Assembly: GCA_002633005.1 (NCBI GenBank)
Contig: NMRA01000083.1
Coordinates: 773,161 to 837,160, forward strand
Origin: Phoronis australis
Taxonomy: Eukaryota; Animalia; Phoronida
Reading direction: 5' to 3'
DNA length: 64,000 bases
The notes under the pieces were generated by a model. It saw only the letters and a program-made list of their open reading frames with translations. It made no database searches and had not been told where the DNA came from. Shown one piece after another: positions 54,662 to 64,000 of the stretch; position 1 is the stretch's first letter; every line of letters begins with the position of its first letter. A program made the position numbers and the translations under genes.

Positions 54662-55861
54662 AATCTATCGAAAACCCTTCTCTGCAAATTTGGGATACAT
54701 GTAGGTAGTTTGCGTAATTAATTTATCACACTTTTTGTAACTACATCCTGAAGTTTCACTGAGGAATGTAATTGCATCAAGCGGCACCTACGGTCCAATT
54801 TTAAAAGATGCATAATTTTGAATGAATGCCCGACTAAATTCTTCACAGCAATGGTAAGGGATCCATATTCTAAAATCTGTCTATCTCGTAGTAATCTTTT
54901 GAACCGTTGAAACTATTTCCCTGCTAATTACTCAGTTATATAACCTCTCTGGTTCATTTCCTATTTATGATACTATTACACCCTAAATTTATTGACATTG
55001 CACTTAATTTGTTGACTAATTAGCTAATTAATATGCCAGTTAGCATATGAGGTGTTTCATAATTACAATGTTTTTCCCATTGTGGTACAACTCTTAGTGG
55101 TTTCTAGAATTAAAAAATATTTTCAAAATTGTCAGGTATGTACCTTTCACGTAAAATAAAGAATATTTTCATACATACCTACGCCAGAGTGAAGATAAGG
55201 CAGGAAAAACAAGATGTTTAGCATAGTGCTCACCAACCAAAAACATAGGGCCTCGATTTTTTGAGAATGTGGACTTTTTACTAAGATTCACGGGGTACAT
55301 TCCGAGCTATGAATTGTACAGTCGCGGAATTTTGGTTGTTCCTCATGCGCACCCAGCCTTCAATATGAGGGGGCTCGAATTCCAGACTTTGTGGACCTTT
55401 TGGTAACAAGAAAGTGGGTGGACTAAATAAAAAAAACAAAAAAAAAAAACGGGAGCACCACTGAACTACGCGTTTGCGCATGTTTAATGGACTTATGCCT
55501 CATTTTCTCGGACTTTTTGTCTCTCAGAGGCGGACCTTTTTGCCCACTTTGCCAAATGGGGGGGGCTCATTCGAGCGCCCCGAGCCCCTCCCCTGGGTGC
55601 GCGCATGTTCCTGCCTTTTTGGTGGACTTTTGTTTCTCTGAGGCAGACCTTTTTACCAACTCCGCTATGTGAGGGGGCTCGTTCAAGCTCCCCAAGCCCC
55701 CCCTGGGTGCAAGCATGAGTTATCAAGTCTGTTGAATGAAATTCCGAGACAACTAACCCCCTGTTCCCACTTACATAAAACAGTCCCAAATACGGACTCA
55801 ACTAAGTTCCCTAGATGTACTGCCTATTTGTGGACTTGTGAAAACACCCCTTGTCCATTCT

Positions 55862-56171
55862 CGTAGGCGGATTTGGGGGGAGGGGGGTCGTCCCCACCCT
55901 TGGCTGCTGCAAGGAAAATGAAACAGCAACAGCGTGAAGTGTGAGGAAATATCAAGTCCAGCAACTAGAACGGGCAACGGATGAGGGGTGAGGCTCAGAA
56001 CCCAGACCGCGGTGGAATGTGTCCCTCTGATTGATTTTCTAAGCAGAAGGTGCACGTCCCCAGCCCCGCAACTTTCAGGCTGGCTGTACACATGCAATCG
56101 CGCTTGCTTGCCCAATTCCCAGAGGCAACATGTTGGGCACCCCCATTTGTGTTATCCTAGATCCGCCACTG
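55862..56171. mobile_element. MITE related to family C
   Basis: Termini ggcggatttggggg / cctagatccgccactg; near-TSD attct/tttct. Confidence 0.5.
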
Positions 56172-57192
56172 TTTCTTATTCTGTTTTAGTTTCATTACTA
56201 AGTCACCTTTTGACTTTGATACAAATCGAGAGTGAACTCTACATTGAATATCAATATCATCGAAAATAGGTAAGGATCTTCTCAAGCAACTTCCCTAATT
56301 TATGGACTAAGTCCCTATTTATTGTCATTGATATCCGGGCTCTGTTTCTAATTATATTATTAGAAAATATCATTAGACAAAGAGGAGCTCATAGTAAAGG
56401 CGAAATGATAGAAAAAGATTACATCTGTCAGTAAAGAAAGACAAACAGGCAAAAGATTTAGGGAACTCAGTTGAGCCCCTATTTGGAGCTGTTTCATGCA
56501 GCTCGGTACTGGTAACCATCATATATGAACCCCTTTTTCTAGAGAAATTAACCTTGCAAGGTCTTTAAGGAAATAACACTCTATTTGTAAAAGTGTCCTA
56601 GTAACAAAAGCAAAGAGACATGCTTGGTGGGTAGGTAGAAGAATGTAGCTCCAATTAGTAAATACGTAAAAAAAGAATTCTCACTGTTGACATACGTTCA
56701 AAAAAGTACATTCATCAATGTAGAATGAGGAACCTTAAAAGCCAATCTCAATGAAACCTCTCTTTCAATGTACATGTGCCCTAAGTATAGATTCTGTCAT
56801 AATTTCAACAATATTATTGACAATTAAGTCCTATAACAACATATTTCCTGAACTAGTCTTACAAGCCTGAACTAAATGTCTGAAGTAACAACTGGTTTTG
56901 AACACCCCAGTTTTACACACTGCATGATGACAATTTAAGACCATTGATTGGGCAGTGCAACAAGCGAAATATTTATCTGGAGTCACATCCTGACCTTCCA
57001 TGTTGACCCCGCATCTTGTAGAAATTAGTTTGCCATGTGCCACAAGGTGTCACTGAATGCAAGATGAAGTCATTGAGATCACATGGTTCACTTGGGAACA
57101 CATACGGCATTTCAAATTGAAGAATTTTGATCACAGTTCTGGAGAACGTTGGTTAGCACTTGAAAGACAATGGTTTTGCTGAGTATCCAATC

Positions 57193-57282
57193 CTAGCACA
57201 ACATGAACAGCTTGTTACGAAGGTAGTCCACTTTGCTTGACCACTCTGACAAGCCCATAGAGAACCATTTGAAATGAGGAAT
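57193..57282 (-). CDS. FASTKD1: FASTKD1-like last coding exon (RAP domain end)
   Basis: tctag| IPHFKWFSMGLSEWSSKVDYLRNKLFMLC*. Confidence 0.85.
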   Translation of the reverse strand: MPHFKWFSMGLSEWSSKVDYLRNKLFMLC

Positions 57283-57796
57283 CTAGAAAAAGCAAAGAAC
57301 AGTTTCACAGATGTTTGTGGATGAAACACATACGTACTGATAGAGACATACCATTTTGTATGTTTGGGCCAGTGACATCACATACCATGACTATACCAGT
57401 ACACAGGCACTACTTGATAATACATGGCCAAAATATCAGCCAGTGTCTCAGAAATGATGTCACTGAACCTACTGCAGTGGAATAATATATGAGTAACTAC
57501 ATTTTACAGATTAAGATTTTGCATGAATCAAACATATCCAGTGGATAAATTTTTGAAGTTTTATGCAACCCAGTCTGGATGTACATTGTGTCAGAGTACT
57601 TGTATTCTGTTTATGACATCACACCAACAGATGGCACACTTAGTCACACATGAATGTTCTGAAGTGGCTTTTCAACCATCCTTGGAGAATATTCTGAACT
57701 TTCGACAATACAAGGCAACATTAGTTTCATGATTTTTAAAACTGATATATCCTAAAAGGTCCAACCGTGTGCAAGACTTTCATAACAAAACATCCC

Positions 57797-57912
57797 AAAC
57801 CTGCCTGTATGAACACAACTTACCTCTCTCTATGCACACAACCTGCCTCTATGAACACAACATGCCTGAACACAACCTGCCTCTATGAACACAACCTGAC
57901 TGTACGAACACA
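57797..57912. repeat. Degenerate ~20-bp tandem repeat (acctgcctctatgaacaca)
   Basis: Directly visible. Confidence 0.7.
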
Positions 57913-58431
57913 AATACTGTTATGTGCACAACCATGAAGGGACCTGAAATTGTTGACTTGAGCTTATCAGTATCCTGGATTTTTGAAAGAGCATGCGCCA
58001 TAGGAGCTCTTTTGGAACCTTTCATTACAACAAAGTGACTTGGTGTCCAAGAAGAACCACCGAGTGGGTCTTTCAGAAACAAAATGGCGGGGCTCTTCCG
58101 GAAACACATTCGGCCCTCATTTGGCCATGGGCTTTTAAGGTATGATTCACAAGGAAGGTTTCACTTTGTCGTCTGCTTGCGGCAAAACAACATATTATGA
58201 CATTTTAGTGGACAAATTGAACTTGAAATATATTATTGTAAAAAATGAGAAAATATTGCCACCTTTTTCCACATATATCAGACATGCAAAACGACCCTGA
58301 AAGAGACCTCATAGGGACTTTTCGGTTCTTGTTTCCGAAAGAATCCGCTTGGAGGTTTTATCTTGGTGGGTGCTCTTTCGGAAATTATGACATCATTTGT
58401 CCGTGTTTACTTCAAGTTTACGATCACTCAC

Positions 58432-58546
58432 CACTATTACTGTGTATCCCATCAACTCGAGGTGTCTGATCTTGAGCTGTTCATGTCCGTTGATGTGTTT
58501 ACTGTTATAACAGTACTGAGACTCGGACAGACCAAGCAGAGCCAAC
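58432..58546 (-). CDS. FASTKD1: FASTKD1-like exon (RAP domain)
   Basis: tgcag| (R)LALLGLSESQYCYNSKHINGHEQLKIRHLELMGYTVIV |gtgagt. Confidence 0.88.
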
Positions 58547-59136
58547 CTGCAAAGGTTCGAGTTAACATGGGTTTACTGCAGGGTCAGCAAGGTGTAAAAG
58601 TGCTTCCCAGGGCCTGCCCTAAACCAATCATGTATTTGGATATTGTTCGAATATGATGAGACATGAGACGCACAACACTACATTGATGTGTCTACTGTTG
58701 TACAGTAGTGAGATCTGAGCCACACTAAATCTCTAACAGAACATCTGAAAGGACATAAAAATTTACTGCCAGTAGGGCTATAGCACTATCCAAATTATGG
58801 AGCTCACAGCTTCAGTTGGGTGCATGGTTTATATCAAGAAGTTTCATTTTGTATAGTTACAAAGACTCAGTTGTAAATCATTATAAGTGCAAGTCATATT
58901 TTTATAGTTTTTATCTTGTTGATAGTTTACAACTGAGATATATTTTTGTGTGTTAAATGATTATTGTAGCCCGACATAATGCTCATGACAGTTTCAATTA
59001 TGTTTTTGTGATTACCCAAATAAGTTACTGAAATGTAAAAACTACTTATATTGTAAGATATCTTGCTGTCATTGTCAGATATTTTTAAATGTGCCATTGA
59101 CAACATCGTTTTGCTTCTGATTTAAAGCAGTCTTAC

Positions 59137-59221
59137 CTTCTCGCACCAGGGGGTAGCTCCTGTCCAATCACATCCATCAACACCAACGGTTTGTTGGACT
59201 GATCAAGGATACATTCAAAAT
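59137..59221 (-). CDS. FASTKD1: FASTKD1-like exon
   Basis: ttcag| (D)FECILDQSNKPLVLMDVIGQELPPGAR |gtaag. Confidence 0.88.
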
Positions 59222-59322
59222 CTGAAAGACGAGGTGTTAGCATGAATAACAAATAATGTTAAGTAGTGGATGAAAAACAATTAAGCGAGTTTTCTACAAA
59301 ACTGAGACATGACATTATCACG

Positions 59323-59469
59323 GATCCATTTCACAAAACTTGTGACCTCATCAACAGCATTACCCAACAACTGTAACGTGACATGTGACAGCATGATCCA
59401 CTTCACAAAACTTGTGACCTCATCAACAGCATTACCCAACAACTGTAACGTGACATGTGACAGCATGAT
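59323..59469. repeat. 72-bp tandem duplication
   Basis: Two near-identical copies starting at 59323 and 59395. Confidence 0.9.
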
Positions 59470-60013
59470 TCTATTGTTGTTGTGAAGTTTATGTTTTCAA
59501 TTGATTTTGAGGCAACACAACAAAGCACATAACTCAACAACGACAACACCAACACAATGCAACATTTCTCTCAACATTCATTGTGACATGCTTTATGTCA
59601 TCATGCATAAACCTGCTCCACTTTAAGAATCTGCACGAGCATTGTCAAAGTTCATTTGTGTTACAAATCACACAGAAACCTTAGACGTAAACTGAAACTA
59701 CGTCCATACAGTACCCGTCAAAAATGGGACAAAATGATCAAGAATTCCCAGTAATGATGGCTGTGTGCAAGTAGAATTCATTGAAATAGCAGGCATTCCT
59801 GTCCACAGGGAATCAAAAAGAATATACAGCAAATTAAGCAAAGCAGAAATAGTACTAGGATTTTACCACAATATTGGGTTACAACCAGTCACTTTTTTCT
59901 TGAATGAATTAGCCACCCTCACAGGGAAACTATATACTGTTGGAATGCTTTCGGTCAGCACAGTATAATAATCATAGTGTTCTTTCAGACAGACGGTTGG
60001 CTGACCAACTTAC

Positions 60014-60130
60014 CATTAAAGTAATAGTAAGGTGTATAGCTGCCAGCCTTATAGAAGGACATGTCTCCAAGAATCTCAAACAATGCATTGTCTAGTTGTT
60101 GATGGAACAGAGACCGACTGTGCTTGTGAC
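60014..60130 (-). CDS. FASTKD1: FASTKD1-like exon (FAST_2 region)
   Basis: ttcag| HKHSRSLFHQQLDNALFEILGDMSFYKAGSYTPYYYFN |gtaagt. Confidence 0.85.
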
Positions 60131-60711
60131 CTGAAACGCATGCAGAAAGGTCACAGAAAAGAATCACCGAGATTGACAGTTTGCACAACTGAAAAGCAGA
60201 ATGAGTTTAGACAAAAAGCAATGATAAAAAGACTCATTTTGAGTGAGAAAATGAGTCCCCCCGGTTAGCAGCAACAAAGCCAATTGTTTCACTGCAACAG
60301 GTTGAGCACTGCCACACTACTTTGATTGATATAAGGTGAACTTTTGCTTTTCAAAAAAAAAAATGCAATAATGTTCAAATCTACCACAGACAAGAACTAA
60401 ATATGGTTTTGGCTTTATTTCGCCCAAATCAGTACAGGAGAGGGGTTAAGACACTTGAAAAAAATTGTGGGTGATTGCATTCCGAAGAAGTAAAAAATAA
60501 CTGTGTTGTTCTTATTTTTTGATATTATTAAATTCAGTGCAGTGGGTATTATCACCTGTTTCATGCAAAAATGCACACCAAATCAAAACAAATTTATTCT
60601 GCGCTATGATCCATTTCCCAACGTGTAACTGACTGACAGCTACCGATTGAGATCTGCAAAAGGAGCAACTTTTACCCACTAATAATTTATGACGCTGCTT
60701 GTACAACTTAC

Positions 60712-60837
60712 TGACAACATTGTCCTTGCAGTACTGCTCATGAAACCACGGTATGTCCATCTCCGGACATTCTAAAATAACCTGCCGGTTCAACTTCATC
60801 AGTAAGGTCTCAACAGCGTGTCGGTTGTGAGGTACAG
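60712..60837 (-). CDS. FASTKD1: FASTKD1-like exon
   Basis: tccag| AVPHNRHAVETLLMKLNRQVILECPEMDIPWFHEQYCKDNVV |gtaagt; recalls FASTKD1 LMELNR.V.LECPE..IPWFH. Confidence 0.88.
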
Positions 60838-61319
60838 CTGGAAGGGTAACAGCGAATGCTACAGCACCCCGCACATTCACGGCATACATTCAGATACTAA
60901 CTTAAAGTCAACTTTAAATTTTTTCCAAGTCATAGACAAGTCTGACTTTAATTGGTATGCTGAACTTTGAGAGCGCTTTTTCCATAGACCCTATTCAGGC
61001 CGACAGGAGGCACATTCCAAAACGAGGCTCGCTACGATAGCTCTGTTAGCTTATCGGCATAGTTCTGTGTTTCAGACCGTTTTGTTCTGCGAACGCCGGG
61101 CTAGAAAAAATACGGACACGCAACTGTCTGCTTCACAATCTCTAAAGACGTTGAGATTCGGAAGCGTTGGGTCGTTGCCCCGACGAAGCAAAATATGTCC
61201 GTGTAAAATTTATAAATGTTTTCGAAAAGTTAGATCATTTTGTCACATGTCAGTCAGTTGTTAAGCATCATAGTAACGACTGGAGAATGGGCCATCCAGG
61301 CTGTGTTTTCATGACTACG

Positions 61320-61616
61320 GATTTAGGGGGGTGGCATGCCCCCCCTAAAATTGTATCAGATCCCATTTTTGAGTTCTGGTGCGAATTGCTGACTAGCACA
61401 CGTGCGCAACCAGGGCGGGTCTTGGGGGGGGGATGAAACAACGCATAGGCGCTGAATGAACCCCATTTACCGTTTTTTTTTAGTCAGCAGGTCCGCAAAC
61501 CCAAGAATTCAAGACCCGTGCATCCCCAGAGTTTAGGCTGGGCGCGCGCTTCTGCCAAAATGCTCTTTATTCCTGTGCCCTGCCCCCCTTGAGTGGAAAA
61601 CCTGGATCCGCCCCTG
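61320..61616 (-). mobile_element. MITE family C copy 3 (5-bp TSD ctacg; left TIR partly deleted)
   Basis: Right end cctggatccgcccctg|ctacg; left ctacg|gatttagggggg. Confidence 0.65.
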
Positions 61617-62943
61617 CTACGGGTTGAAACATTATAATTTCTCTTTCCAAAAAGGACTGGGCCCTCAATCCCTCAAATTTGGGGCCCAATATCGGACCTA
61701 TTCCCCTCTCAAACATATTAAAACATCACGCGAAATTCCCCCCACGAGGCATAAAAATTTCCCTAGTGAAAAAACTCTCTGAGTTCACATCACCTGTAAC
61801 CACACATGTGACAATTTTTAAGAGCACAAAAGGCTACTTTAAATTGAGGCAGAGCCTATGAGAGCTTGGAACAGGACGGGGGTGCTATTGATGGTGATCG
61901 GGAGGTAGATTGTTCCCGCCCTCACTCGGCGAAAAAATCGCCTCTCAGTAGGCACTGGCACTCGGACGTTCCCCTCAGATGAAAGAGGCTTCTGTAGAAA
62001 CATGATAACTATGATTGCATTGTCCAGTTAACTGAAATTGAGTTCTAAAACGATGTTATATTTTGGACGAACGAATTAGGTGTTTTAATTTTAAAATTCA
62101 ACTTGGTCTAGATTGATATTTGAAATCTAACACATGAAATAGACGTAAGAATTATTACAACCAAGAAAGCATTGATGGTCAAATAATTTTTATTTTCAAT
62201 TACGAGCCTGGTTTTTTATTTTAATAAAAATATATTTAATAACATCAATTATTCTTTCAGACCAATGACAAATCAACTGTTAGTCCCAGTGAAAGCATAG
62301 GATCAGTCTATGCTTGATGTTAATATTCTTGATCAACAAATTAAACCAGATGTGACTAATTGCACATGACAGACACCACTGTCGAATATGTCATCAACTC
62401 GTCAACAATACAAGCAGATGACCTGGTCCGCGTAGAAAGTATTTTGATCAACAATTTACAAGAAAAAACGTAACCCTGCATTCAGCATAATACCTAATCC
62501 GTAACACTACGATCGCCGCAATTTGGTCATATTTACTATTCATGTTTCGAACCTAGTTTTCCGAAAAAATTTAAACCCTTTCGTCAGACAACTCTTCGGC
62601 GCCTTAACTTGTTCTCTAATGTAATTTTCTACGTCTCTGTGGTTAATTGTCGACACATCATTAAAATTTAATATCCAGGTTGGACTCGAAAGACGGGCTA
62701 TTTAACTCACGCAATGTCTACTTTCGCTTTGTTTATCGCAGTGAGCCTCGCTTTGGATCTTAATGGCCGCCGCGTGAATAGAGTCTATGAAAGCAATTCA
62801 ATTAGATACCAACAAATTCAAACCATTTGAGTTATAAGTTTTATTTCCCCGAATTTACAAAGATAAATTTAAATTTAGAGAAGAGTTCAATGTAGCAATC
62901 GGTAGGGATGAAGAGTGTCAGTATGAGGGAAGAATCAGGTTAC

Positions 62944-63091
62944 CTTGTATGTAGGAGTCAATCTGTTCTAGGTACTCTATCCTGAAGATTTCCTGCAGTA
63001 AATCTCGTGGGTAGATCTGAAGATGGCAGAGGGCATGAGCAAATACCACAGCGACCTTGGCGTCCAATTTACTGGCATGTCTATTGTACAC
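62944..63091 (-). CDS. FASTKD1: FASTKD1-like exon (FAST_1 region); the gene continues beyond the window
   Basis: tccag| VYNRHASKLDAKVAVVFAHALCHLQIYPRDLLQEIFRIEYLEQIDSYIQ |gtaacc; all six exons are phase-compatible. Confidence 0.85.
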
Positions 63092-64000
63092 CTGGAATGT
63101 GAGTCAACATTGCACTAACTAGATCAATTAGCAACAAAAACTGCCACCTTTGAGGATGAGAATCTCTCCGTTGGTCTTCTGAAATTTGCAAGCTAAGGAG
63201 TAGAATGACACTGGTTTTACTTAGTTAAGTTTCATCAGTTAAAAATATATTTTGTCCTGCTGAACTGAAGCTATAAAAACAAAAATTGAATTATTAAGAC
63301 TTTTTATTGGTTTCATATTGATAGAGGATTCCACTTCAGTTACCACCAGCAACTCAAGAAAAAAACGCTTCAAAATTCAATGGCGATGACCAACCCTAAA
63401 ATTGCGAATTCAAAAATGGGCGAAATGAAGCTTTAATTTCATTGGTTAAAGCTCTCCACATATATACTAGTAGTTACCAGTTGATTGACTTAATCTAAGT
63501 GAAGTCAGGCCGATGATTATGTGACTGTTTATAATAAATATTTGAAAAAGATCTAGGAAGTTCTAGCACATCAATGAATAAATATGTTACCACTCTAGAA
63601 GCCAGGTACATATTGAATTGCTGAAAAGTCCCCAAGCATTGTACACAACAAATGCTAGCCATTAAGTCATCAAGTTACTTTGTGAGGCACTTCATCACAA
63701 GTGGAGGATGGATCACACATTAAGCTGGACGTTCTGCTTGAGTGACCTTGGGCACATTTGGTCCAAATTAATAATTTTGTAATTAAAATTGAATCGATCT
63801 TCAGTCTATCACCACACTCCCTGCACTGGTAATTGACGACCTGTGCTCACCCACTCACCGACGGGAACGTCGACAGCTTAAGCTTAAGATAGATTGTGTT
63901 TTTCACTTAAAATTAACATTGCAATGTGACTCATTGCATATATCAATTCTGTATACATACTGTAATGATTACACAAAACACCAACTTACGTGTAAACAAG

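Noticed and set aside
63147-63177. Possible micro-exon of the FASTKD1-like gene
   Set aside because: Weak donor and no recognisable homology; cannot be placed without upstream exons

Overview
Eukaryotic (invertebrate animal) genomic DNA with spliceosomal introns; there are no prokaryotic features. From left to right: (1) the 3' end of a tyrosine-recombinase (DIRS-order, Ngaro-type) retrotransposon with split direct repeats; (2) a 7-exon + strand gene for a Neto/SOL-2-like glutamate-receptor auxiliary subunit (signal peptide-CUB-CUB-LDLa-TM-cytoplasmic tail, ~669 aa, 3348-31821); (3) two complete 4-exon beta-tubulin genes arranged head-to-head (37309-43761 minus, 44916-51033 plus), with patchy gene-conversion-like identity and RFX X-box-like motifs in their introns; (4) a Helentron-associated (HINE-like) element carrying an array of CTCF-like motifs; (5) the last six coding exons of a FASTKD1-like mitochondrial RNA-binding gene on the minus strand. 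Introns contain many MITE-like elements and minisatellites. All gene models were assembled by eye from splice sites and reading phase. Family assignments come from recalled motifs, not database searches. I see no clear evidence of a wholly new biological system; the findings are testable leads.
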